NCBI GenBank assembly: GCA_001275005.1
Contig: JWZX01003403.1
Coordinates: forward strand, 1 to 49,895
Reading direction: 5' to 3'
DNA: 49,895 nt
Source: Chrysochromulina tobinii
Lineage: Eukaryota
This document shows, piece after piece, positions 1 through 9,800 of the stretch. The position numbers and the translations under genes were made by a program. The notes below the pieces were generated by a model, which worked only from the letters and a program-made list of their open reading frames with translations, made no database searches and had not been told where the DNA came from. The stretch's first letter is position 1, and each line of letters begins with the position of its first letter.

Positions 1-126
1 TTCCCCCCTTCCCCCCTTCCCCCCTGCGGCGATCTGGGCGGCGGTTTGCCGATGTCCGAAAATTGAATTCCGCACCTTGTCAGGTTGAACCGCGTGTACA
101 GTACCAACTTCCCTGTCGACCCTGTC

Positions 127-1857
127 ATGCCGAGCAGCATGGCCCACACCAGTCCATCATCCATCCCGCCGAAGACACAGCACGCGTGGCCCGCGGATGC
201 CGAGAACGAAGGCCAGCCCGTGCCGGCGTGGGTGAAGCGCTGGTCCTCGAAGCTGCCCGACAAGCTGCGTACCTTTGTCTCGGACGCGAAGGACGCGGCA
301 GCGTCACCCGCACCGGCTGCGCACGTGTCACCGGAGAAAGCGTACGTGCCGCCGCGCCGCGCTCCCTCCCAGTCACCGGAGAAAGCGTACGTTCCGCCGC
401 GCCGCGCTCCCTCCGATAGCTACGGGCTTCATCCAAGTGCCGGCGCCGGCTGCTCACGCGACGAGCTTGAGGCGGAGCGCGAGCGCCGGCTCGAGGCGGA
501 GCGCGAGTCGCGCCGCCTGCAGTCGGAGGTGTGGAGCCTCAAGGCGGAGGTCTCGCGGCTGCACGAGATGATGAAGCGCTTCGACGCGAGCAACCTCGAG
601 AGTCCCTCCGAGGCTGAGGCCGCCGTCGACATGTTCCTGCGGCTCGCGCGCGAGGCACACAGTGTCGGCGAGAAGATGCGGACGGCCGAATTCGAGGCGC
701 GCCGTGGCGGGCGCTACGGGCTGCCGACGGCGTCGCCCGTCGCGCCCGCCGATGGGCCCACGCCGCCGAGCTCACCTTCGAAGGCAGCCGCTCGCTACGC
801 CGCCGCCGCCGCCGCCGCCGCGGCCGCGTACGCGCCGGCGTCCGCCTCGTCCGCAGCGGACGAGGGCGCCCACCATGGCGCTCCTAACAGCAGCAGCAGC
901 GCCGAGGACGAGATCGAGATCGAGGACGAGATCGAGGAGATCTCGACCGAGACGCTCGCCAAGGCGTCCGGCGCGCCGCCCGAGGGCACGCCGGCGGGTA
1001 TGGCGACGGCCGAAGGCACCCCAGCGGCTGAAGGCGAGGAAGCGCCGATGGACGAGGAGTCGTTCCAGACGCTGCAGCGTGACTACATGGCGATGCAGTA
1101 TGACGATGTCTTCTCGAAGCTCGAGGCACGCGACGGGGACGCCTCTCTCCTTCTCGTACGTGGCGAGTGGATCAGTCAGATGACTGGAGGCGACTTCGCG
1201 CTGCCGCAGCCCGGGTGCGTGCTGCCGCCCGAGGCTCTGATCGCAGCCACCGAGCTGCGCGCGATCTTTGGCTCCGTCATCAAGGGCATCTCGGGCGGCT
1301 ACCGGCAGGTGGTACTCCCCTTCCTCACCGTCACGCACATGTGGACGGACGCGGAGCATCCGGATCCAGAGGAGGAGCTGCTCAAAGGCGTGCTCGATGT
1401 GCTGCAGGCGCGCTGGGAGGACTTTGCAGAGCGCGACGTGGGGCTCTTCCTCGAAGCGCCGCCGCACGCGCCGCCGCCGCCGCCCGACGCGCCGCTGCCA
1501 AAGCGCGACTCGTGCCTGTGGCTCATTACCTGCCGCACTCGGCAACATCTGGGCAACACCTCGAGCTCGATGACGCAGCTCGCGTCGCCCTCGGGCGAGG
1601 TGGGCGGCATGGTGGGCGCACCGTCGGCCGAAGAGATGGCCGCAGCGTACCTGGCAGCGCGGGAGATCACGGAGGCGCACGCGCAGGAGATGGCGGGCAA
1701 AGCCGTCGTGGGTGCCGACGACGAGAGCGCCGTTGCGGGCGCCGTCGGCAGGAGCCGCCTGTCGCCGCCGCCCGAAGCGCCGTCGTGGGCTCCGAGGCCG
1801 GGCAGTGCGCACTCGGGCTCCGAAGCGAGCCACGCTGGTTCCGAAGAGTCGGCTTAG
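127..1857 (+). CDS. Hypothetical protein: low-complexity N-terminus, coiled coil, degenerate HET-like domain
   Basis: Long ORF with coding-like codon usage; first in-frame ATG at 127. Coiled coil ELEAERERRLEAERESRRLQSEVWSLKAEVSRL. LTVTHMWTDAEHPDP...DVGLFL resembles the SHxW-xxxx-HPDP...VFxD motif of HET-like domains. An unrecognised intron near 1450-1550 is possible. Confidence 0.6.
   Translation: MPSSMAHTSPSSIPPKTQHAWPADAENEGQPVPAWVKRWSSKLPDKLRTFVSDAKDAAASPAPAAHVSPEKAYVPPRRAPSQSPEKAYVPPRRAPSDSYGLHPSAGAGCSRDELEAERERRLEAERESRRLQSEVWSLKAEVSRLHEMMKRFDASNLESPSEAEAAVDMFLRLAREAHSVGEKMRTAEFEARRGGRYGLPTASPVAPADGPTPPSSPSKAAARYAAAAAAAAAAYAPASASSAADEGAHHGAPNSSSSAEDEIEIEDEIEEISTETLAKASGAPPEGTPAGMATAEGTPAAEGEEAPMDEESFQTLQRDYMAMQYDDVFSKLEARDGDASLLLVRGEWISQMTGGDFALPQPGCVLPPEALIAATELRAIFGSVIKGISGGYRQVVLPFLTVTHMWTDAEHPDPEEELLKGVLDVLQARWEDFAERDVGLFLEAPPHAPPPPPDAPLPKRDSCLWLITCRTRQHLGNTSSSMTQLASPSGEVGGMVGAPSAEEMAAAYLAAREITEAHAQEMAGKAVVGADDESAVAGAVGRSRLSPPPEAPSWAPRPGSAHSGSEASHAGSEESA
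327..414 (+). repeat. 45-bp in-frame direct duplication (SPEKAYVPPRRAPS x2)
   Basis: gtcaccggagaaagcgtacgt(g/t)ccgccgcgccgcgctccctcc occurs twice in tandem. Confidence 0.9.
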
Positions 1858-2806
1858 GCGAGGCCGCGCCGCTTCCGTCCATCCGTCTACGCTGGGCGCC
1901 GTGATGGGCCCCGCGCGCATGGGCCGTTTCATCATCATCGTCGTAGTACGCGGAGAGGTAGATGGGCGTCATCATCCAGTGGGGCAACACGCCAGTGCGT
2001 TGAAGAGCGTGCCGCTGCGATATCCAGCATGAGGGGGAGTAGCGGCATTGATGTGAGCACGCGCGATGTGTCGTTGTCGTTGGTGTGCGGTCTTGGAGGG
2101 CGTTCTGTCGGACGGCTCTTCAGTCGCTGCAGAGGCGTTGTGGCTGCTGCAGATGGAGAGCTGTGCAGACAGGCGCACAAGCTGTGCGTGGTCGTCATGT
2201 CCGACTTGTCAGTATGTAACGTGCACGCGGCACGCGTGTGTGCGAGCGGTTGTTCGCCCGTGCGGTGCGCAGTGCTTGGGTGGCGCTCCGCGGGTTGTCG
2301 GTTGAGGGGGGCTACGGCCCTACGCTACCGTCGGCCGCGTACTCGCGTGATGCATCGGTCGCATGTCGCGCCCGGCCGAGATTTCCGAGTGTATCGTTCT
2401 GACAGGTTCGCACTTCGAATTATTGCCGAAATACAGGAGAATAAGAGATTGTCCCTGTGGTGTGGCGTGTGCTGCGTTCGAGTGCGTTCGAGTGCGCCCA
2501 CGGTCGCCGCGGCCGCCGTCTCGAAGAGCTTGCCGAGGAGTAGGAAGGCCGGCTCGATCGAGCGGACGAGAGCGTGCTGAGACCTGATCCATCTTCCATG
2601 CGCATCTCCGCGCCGTACCGCACGGGGCACGGCATCCCGATCCCCCCTGGAGACACCTCATGCATGCCCCTCGAACCCGAAGCCGAAGAACACAGCGTGC
2701 GCCACAGCCCATACATGCACACAGGCAAGTAGCACACGCACATTCGTTGAAGATTGACACGTGTCGTGTGTCGTGTACTCTTATCACCCGCACGATTCGG
2801 TTCACT

Positions 2807-3709
2807 TTAAGGCCGTAGGAGTGGAGCGGATCGCGGATGGCTCCACGGCAATGTGATGCCCGACTTTGCAATCGTCTTCGCCTCATGCGTTCCTCCCCAC
2901 GTGTCCATCTGGTGGCACCAAAGGTCATCCGGCGTAGACTCGCCTTTGATACGCATGGGCGGAGCCGTTGATGGACGTACACGTAGCTTAGCGTACTCGG
3001 TCCTCGGGCCCATCCTCGGTGAATGCGAGGCTGCTGAGGCTGGGCGCGTCGGCCCTCTATAGCTCGAGTAGATTTGTCCTGAAGGCGTCATGCCTCCGTC
3101 TGTATTTCTAAAATCGATCTTGCCTCTGCGGCGCAGTTGCGGTCCGAGCGGCTCGTATCGGCTTCGGCTCTCGGTGTGCGGCGTGGGTGGCGGCGAGAAG
3201 GAGCCAAACCGAGAATCCCGTCTTGGCGACGGACTCGCGGGCATGTTCCACGGAGTTCCTTGCACCACGCGGATGTGCGGGTTCCTATGGTGGCTCTCTC
3301 CACTACGCGGGACCGTGACTCCATCATAGTGGAAGGAACCAGCATGAATGTAGAACTTTGATGTCGTCGCGCACTCCATGTTGACGGTAAAATGTTGACC
3401 CTTGGGCAGGACCCTAGGGCTAGTGCCGCGATATAAGTCGATGTGGCGTCTTACTGCACCCGACTCATACCTGCTGTCGCGGTACTGTATTTCGATGCTG
3501 CGCGGCGAGGAAGCTTCATGCGACCAACAGGGCGATCTGGGTTTCGACGGTGAGCCAAAGGTCGTGTTCATGGGATCATGTGCGGCCTGCTCACTGCCAG
3601 TCACGTCAGTGAAGAGTCGGCGCACGGGGTGTTCCGGCGGAGGCACGGCGGGCTCGGCGACGGTCTTTAGCTCGGCTGGCTCGGCCGGCGGCTCCACATC
3701 CGCCCCCAT
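2807..3709 (-). CDS. Hypothetical S/P/R-rich protein (~300 aa)
   Basis: 3' part of ORF 2807..4387, starting at ATG 3709 (MGADVEPPAEP...) after an AT-richer promoter-like stretch at ~3780-3940. No recognisable domain. Confidence 0.5.
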   Translation of the reverse strand: MGADVEPPAEPAELKTVAEPAVPPPEHPVRRLFTDVTGSEQAAHDPMNTTFGSPSKPRSPCWSHEASSPRSIEIQYRDSRYESGAVRRHIDLYRGTSPRVLPKGQHFTVNMECATTSKFYIHAGSFHYDGVTVPRSGESHHRNPHIRVVQGTPWNMPASPSPRRDSRFGSFSPPPTPHTESRSRYEPLGPQLRRRGKIDFRNTDGGMTPSGQIYSSYRGPTRPASAASHSPRMGPRTEYAKLRVRPSTAPPMRIKGESTPDDLWCHQMDTWGGTHEAKTIAKSGITLPWSHPRSAPLLRP

Positions 3710-3974
3710 GCCCGCCTGGAATCGGGTTCGTTCACGTACGTCGGGCTCTCGATCCAGTGTTCGCGGTGCAGCCTTACCGCGTCGAAACTGCACAAAAAGA
3801 GGCAAGTTTTGGCGAAGTTTACGTTTTGTGAAACGAACCGTCGCAGATTCTGAAGGAACATGTAAGATGCAACCGCACTTCCCCGTGCTTCCCCTAACCA
3901 AGAGTTGTAAACTCACAAGACCATCAGGCTCAGTTTTCAGACCGCGGTGCGCGGAGGTCCACGCCCGCGATGTT

Positions 3975-5651
3975 CTAGCGCGGCCTGCCCTCCCCCGGCT
4001 CGGGGAGCGGCGTGTCCCACCAGCTCTCGGACGAGGCGCGGACGGCATGGCCCGCGGCGCTGTTCTCGAGCCCGGCCATGAGCTGCAGGACAGGATCACG
4101 ATCGAGCTCGAGGGAGCTCGTTGGCTGTGGAATGCCGCTCCCCACAGCAGCGCCGCCCCCCTCGCTCGTGACCGCCCGGTGGGGCTTCGAGTCGGAGTAG
4201 TCACCCACCCAATCGGCATGCGAGCGGCGCGCTGCAGGGGGCGGGCGCGGGCGCAGTGACGCGCGCAGTGCGGCGGAGGAGCGTGGCGGCGGAGGTGCAT
4301 TGGCAGCCGCCTGTGCCGCACGTAGCTCCTCCGCTCGGGTCGGCAGCGCGGTGGCGGAGGAGGCCGGTGACGGTTTGCGTAGCTCACTCACGTCCACCTC
4401 CCACGCCGTCGCGGGCGCGCGCCTGGCCGCCCTCCCACTCGCCGCCGCCAAGCTGGGCTCGCCGATGCGGCCGGTAGGAGGCCTCGCCGCAGCAGATTGC
4501 GTGCGTACTTGCAGCGATGGACTGATTGGCGTCGCGCATGCTGCCGCCGCTTCCGCCGCTGCCACATCTCCCCACGCCGCCTCCACATCCACCGCCTCAG
4601 CCTCCGCCGCCTCCGCCGTTTCGGCCGCCGCCTCCTCCGCTGGCGCCCCGCGCACTGGCCAGCCGCCACGGGCGGCGGTAGCGGAGGAGCCACCATGGTT
4701 CGCCACCGGCGGCGGTAGCGTCACTGCCGCTTCGTCCTCCAACGCCGTCAGTGGCTCCTCGCGAGCATCATGCAGACCAAAGCGCGCGGCAGCGGCGGAG
4801 GACAAGGCGCGCTCGTATGGCGGCGGCGCCTCCTCGTGCACGTCGAAGCCGCGTGCCGGCCCCGCGCCCGTCGCGCTGTTCACAAAATGGCCGCCGAGCG
4901 TCGTGCTTAGGAACCTCTGGGCTATGGCAAGCGCCGCTGCCGCCTCCTTCTCGGCGGCACTCGGCTTAGCGCTCGGCCCGACCGCGGGATGCCATCGACC
5001 CAACTCGGCGGCGCGTGGTGGCGGGACCGTCGCGATCGGCGCCTCGTCCGGGTGCGCGCCTGCCACCACCGCTTCGAGCCGCCGGCGCCGCGCCGACGCG
5101 AGCTGGTTGCGGTAGGCCACGTCGCGGCGCAACCGCTCACCCACGCGCGAGGTGGCGGGCGCGGCGATGGGCTTCGTGCGCCGCATGCACGCCATCAGCG
5201 GCGAGTGCACGGTCGGCAAGCGGCCCGACGGCGTCTGCGTGGTCGCGGTCGCCATCGCCGGGGCTGGCGGCGGCGGCGGCGGCGGCTCAGGTTGCCAGAC
5301 TGGCGATGGCGCTGGCGGTGCCGGAGCATAAGGGAGATCGACGACGTACGCCGGAGGGCCCGGTGGGGTAGGAAGGGTAGGAGCGCCGGTGGCGGGCTTA
5401 GGACTCTCGGTCCACCACGCTGGGTAGCGCGCAGGCCACGTAGAGGCTGGGGGCGCCGGCTCGAGTGGCACGTCGGCGACAACGACGCCTGGAGAGAGCA
5501 GGTCGCGCGTGCGCCGAGCCTGCAGCGGGTGGTGGTGGCTATCGGTTCCACCTTCTTGCGCAGGCCAGCCGTCGTACAGCAGGTAGCCTGCCCGCCACGC
5601 CGAGGAGGGCTTGGCCAGGGGCGGCTGAGCGGCCGCTGGCATTGACAACAT
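3975..5651 (-). CDS. Hypothetical Pro/Ala-rich protein (558 aa)
   Basis: Long ATG-initiated ORF, head-to-head with the 5819 gene. Mostly low complexity; no domain recognised. Confidence 0.55.
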   Translation of the reverse strand: MLSMPAAAQPPLAKPSSAWRAGYLLYDGWPAQEGGTDSHHHPLQARRTRDLLSPGVVVADVPLEPAPPASTWPARYPAWWTESPKPATGAPTLPTPPGPPAYVVDLPYAPAPPAPSPVWQPEPPPPPPPAPAMATATTQTPSGRLPTVHSPLMACMRRTKPIAAPATSRVGERLRRDVAYRNQLASARRRRLEAVVAGAHPDEAPIATVPPPRAAELGRWHPAVGPSAKPSAAEKEAAAALAIAQRFLSTTLGGHFVNSATGAGPARGFDVHEEAPPPYERALSSAAAARFGLHDAREEPLTALEDEAAVTLPPPVANHGGSSATAARGGWPVRGAPAEEAAAETAEAAEAEAVDVEAAWGDVAAAEAAAACATPISPSLQVRTQSAAARPPTGRIGEPSLAAASGRAARRAPATAWEVDVSELRKPSPASSATALPTRAEELRAAQAAANAPPPPRSSAALRASLRPRPPPAARRSHADWVGDYSDSKPHRAVTSEGGGAAVGSGIPQPTSSLELDRDPVLQLMAGLENSAAGHAVRASSESWWDTPLPEPGEGRPR

Positions 5652-5818
5652 CCCGATCAGAACATGCGATTTCCCGCGCGCCTCCGCTAAGAGGAGACTT
5701 TTTCCAGGAGTGTACTGTACCCTTTGAAAAGAACCAACTCACAGAATCAAATTGGGTGCGGCAGAGTTTTGAGTGACATGTAACAGCCAATTAACAAGAG
5801 CCTACAAGTATCGTCACG

Positions 5819-6604
5819 ATGTGCGGCCTCTGCCGCCACGAGGGATTGCCGAGCAAACGCCGCTCGGATGCTTTCACAGCTCCGTGTACAAGCGCGGCGG
5901 CGCTGCCAGTGGCCGTTCTCGTGGCATCCGACGGCAGCCGCTACGATGCACCGCGGCACACGCTTTCAAGCTGTGCAACGGTCGCAGCAGCTGTCAAGGC
6001 AGCGGCGGTCAAAGAGGTGCTGCCGAGCATTACGTTGCCAGGTGTGACCGCGTGCGCTCTATGCACTGCGCTACGATTCTGCCAGCGCGTGCACAATGTC
6101 GGCAACCGCGCTGCATCGGTCCGCCTCGCGTGGAGCAAGGGCTTCCTACCGAATCTGACGAGCATGCAGCTCTTCGAGCTCGTACGAGCGGCGCGGGCGC
6201 TCGACGCGACTCCGTTGCGTCGGCTCGCGTGCTCTGCAGCGGCCGACTTGCTTCGGAACCATTACCTTGGCGACGAAAGCAGCGAGGGCTGCAACGAGCC
6301 GCCGCCAACGCTGCCGGCCGATGCGGCAGCCGCACTAGGCGGCATCGAGGCACTCACCGAGGTGCTCGCACTGGTCGCGGGTGGTGCGGAGATAGACGCG
6401 GGCGGGCGGTGTGAAGCTGCCAATGACGGCCGTTGCCAAAGCACCAGGAGCGCAGACGGTTGGCTGCAGGCGGCCGAGGCTCTGGACGATTCTGAGTGGC
6501 GCGAGGCTGCCGCGCGCGTGCGTTGCCTAGGGCTCGGAAGTACTCTCACTCTGCTCTCTGGGACTGGTCCTCGGAGAGCTTCCACGGGTCAGTCCAGCAA
6601 GTAG
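5819..6604 (+). CDS. Divergent Skp1-like (SKP1/BTB-POZ) protein
   Basis: VLVASDG...ITLPGVTACALCTALRFC...AWSKGFL...QLFELVRAARALDATPLRRLACSAAADLLR parallels the Skp1 pattern L.SSDG...IPLPNV...L.KVIEYC...WD.EF...LF.LILAANYL.IK.LL.L.C..VA..IK. The C-terminus diverges, and the 3' end is uncertain. Confidence 0.7.
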   Translation: MCGLCRHEGLPSKRRSDAFTAPCTSAAALPVAVLVASDGSRYDAPRHTLSSCATVAAAVKAAAVKEVLPSITLPGVTACALCTALRFCQRVHNVGNRAASVRLAWSKGFLPNLTSMQLFELVRAARALDATPLRRLACSAAADLLRNHYLGDESSEGCNEPPPTLPADAAAALGGIEALTEVLALVAGGAEIDAGGRCEAANDGRCQSTRSADGWLQAAEALDDSEWREAAARVRCLGLGSTLTLLSGTGPRRASTGQSSK

Positions 6605-6833
6605 CGATTGAATCGATACACTCTCAGTTCGTGTGCTGCTGCTTGTGGTTTACGAGAGGTCTGTTTTGGTACGCGGAAGCTTCTCCATCAGAATAGAACG
6701 ACACTACACACCCTTCCCGCAGCGCACCTCGAGTCCTGACTGTGTTACCCGACTGTGAGCCTCGTCGCTCCACCCGACGCCTCGCGCCTGAACCGCTACC
6801 ACGCAACGCCCCTGAATGAGCACCCTGCTGAGC

Positions 6834-9800
6834 CTACGTGGTCTCGACGTCCATGATGAGCGCAACGCCCGCGAGAATCCACTTGTTCACGCTCTGCTTC
6901 GTCTTCAATCCGGCCGTGAAGATGTAACCACCCGTAGGCTTGCCATCGACAGGGTTGCGCGTGAGCGTCTTGTATGAGGGGCACTCGTACACGTCACGCT
7001 GGCCCTTGTCCGCGAGCGCCGCCTTCATGAGCACGACAGGCATCGGGCAGTAGAGCAGCTTGAGGATTGAGTCGTCCATCATGCCCGTCGCCACGTCCCA
7101 GCGCGCGCCCTCGAGGAAGAAGCCGTTTACATACGCGCCGTCGCGAGTGGCTCCCTCAATCTCGTCGGGGTTCATCTTCTTGGTCACGTCGCACACGGTC
7201 GTCATGCGGTCGAGCGGCAGCTCGTTCTTGCGCGCGAGCACTTGCATCACCGCGGTGAGGAAGGCCTGCGGGTTGAAGAGGCCCGCAATCCACGTCACCT
7301 TGGGCGTCGCCAGGTCGGCCGTCCACGCCTCAAGCTGGCGCTGGCGCTGGAGCATGTCAAGCAACCACGAGGCGAGGCCGCGCATCGACGGGTACGCGAC
7401 CTTAGCCCAGGAGGCGGGCACCTTGTTGTCGTACAGGGAGTTCATGAGCGCCTCCATCGACTCCGTCATGCCAAGGTCACCCTTGAGCCCGAGGTCGAGC
7501 TCAACGAGCGAGCGCTTCACCTCGAAGAGCAGCCGGTTCATGCGCTCGCACTCCTGCAGGAAGACGGAGGTGTACGGCGTGCGCTCGTCGGGCGGCGTGC
7601 GCTCGTCGAGCTCGGCTAGCGGGAAGAGCTCCGGCATGCGCTCCATGATGTCGTCCAGGATTCGCTTGACCTTCTCCTGCAACGTCATGCCACCCGCGCC
7701 GCCACCGCCGCGCGGCGCGAGCTCGCCGCAATTCTTGAAGAGAGCGAGCGACTGCGCCGTCATGAAGTTGATCTCGGCGTTCGGGTGCAGCCCGTAGCAC
7801 ATGGGCCCCTCGTTGATGAGGTTCTCGTCGATGTACTCGACAAACTGCTTGTGCGAGCCGGTGGGCGGCGGCACCTCAAACTTAGGGTAGAGCTGATAGC
7901 CGTCGAGCAGCGCATCGGTCATGTACACCGAGAGGTACGAGGCGCACAGCCGACGGTCGAGGTCGTCGGTGATGTGGCCTCCATACATGACCTCGCCAAA
8001 GATGTACTGCAAGTCGGCCCACGGCACCTTGGGCGCGTCGTTGAGGAAGTTGGTCGCGACGATGATGCACGCGCTCAGGTCGCCCGGCGCGAAGGGGTAC
8101 GGCCGCTGCCAGCCGATGGCGCCGAACTGGCGGCGCTCGCACACAATCGAATGGAAGAAGCCGAGTGCAAAGATGATCGCCTTGAGCTCGGACTGCTTCG
8201 GGCAAGCCTCCCACACGGTGTCGTTGAAGGTGTTGAAGGCGCGGATCATGTTGGGGCGCAACCCACTGGGCGGCTCGTTCGTGAGCTTGATCGAGTTTTG
8301 CAGGATCTGCACGGGGATCACATTCTGCGGCAGCGAGGAGAGGAAGACGCGGAAGCCGGGGTTGGCGCCTTCGATGAGCGCCTCGAGCTTCTTCTCGAGC
8401 TTGGGCAGCCAACGGGCGACGAGCTCGACATTCTGCAGCATCACCCAGCCGCCGGACACCTGCATGCGATCGAGCGCCTTCTCGGCGACGGGCTCCTGGC
8501 CCTGGCCGAGCGAGACGCTGAAGAAGAGCCCGTTGGCCTCCGTCTTGTCCGCCGGCCCGCCAATTTGGCGCACCGCGAGCAGCGGGTCGACGCCAGGCGA
8601 GAGCAGGAAGAAAACGGGCGTCGCGGGCGACGTGTCCTCGAATGACGAGGGCAGGTCGAAGGGGATGGCGTTGTAGTACTCGACGCCCATCTCATCGCGC
8701 ACCCAGTACTTCATCGCGAGCACCATCCGGTCCGGCCGGAGCGCGCGCATCACGAGCAGCCGCTGGAAGCCGCTCACCCGGTTGAACTCGCCCGGCAGCT
8801 TCTCATTCTCAGGTTGCTCATTATCGAAAAACTCCTTCCAGCGCTTGTTCGAGCCCTCCAAATCGGCCGGCAGGGAACTGAAGACTTCGGGCAGGTTCTC
8901 GGCTAGCGCCTGCACGGTCGCCCAGCACTGCTCGGGCAGCCACTGCAGCGCCTCGGAGCGCTCGGCACCGTCCATCACACGCGGCGCCTTAATCAAAAAG
9001 TCCTGCTCGTCGACGGGCAGCTCGCCACGCCGGTTCATGATCCGCGTGCACAGCTGCGACGAGAAGAGGATCCGATCCCTCTCGAAGAGACCGCGCGTCA
9101 CGTACGCAAATATGACGAAGGAGATGGTTGCCATCAGGTTCTTGAAGCGGTCATCAATGTCGTTCGACTTCTTCGTCTTCGAGATCGCCTTGAGGAACAT
9201 GTAGTTGAACGTATCGAGTGAGAATTGGTACATGTGCGAGATGACAAAGAGCTGGTTGACGAGGAAGAACATGAGCGCACCGCGCTCGCCAAGTGGGCGG
9301 TAGATCTCTCGCGCCTTGGCGATGATCACCTCCGTCTCCTTGGCAATGGCCACCTTGGCGGTAATCTCCTGCGAGGTCTCCTTGGCCGCCTCGAGTGACT
9401 CGATGAGCGCTTCGTTCTCGGTGATGTCGCCCTCAGCGTTCGCGAGCATCTCGAGCAAGCCGTCCTCGAGCGCTTTGAGACGGATGGTGAAGTCGTTCTG
9501 CTGCGCCACGAGGGCCGCGCGCTGCTCCTCGAGATCGGGCCGCTCGCACTTGACCACCTTTGCAAGCAGCTGCTCCTCGAGGCCACGCTCAGTCACAGTG
9601 AAGTTGATGATCGTGCACTGCGCCTGCACCTCGGGGATGTAGTGCGGGTTGGGCAGCTTGCTCTGCAGGTAGAGCCGGAAGAGGGGTCCCCCAAGTGGCA
9701 TGCCCGTCTCGGGGTCGGGGTTGCAGCGCATGTCCACCTCCTTATCGCCGAGCTTGAGGATGAGCTTGCGCCCCTTGGCGATGGTCGCGCGTGCGAGCAC

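Noticed and set aside
1..25. (TTCCCCCC)n at the window start as a telomeric repeat
   Set aside because: Only three units and not a canonical CCCTAA-type repeat; treated as simple sequence.
1860..2800. Short ORFs in the gap after the first gene (e.g. 1667..1990 -, 2029..2580 +)
   Set aside because: No recognisable motifs or consistent coding bias; treated as UTR/intergenic.
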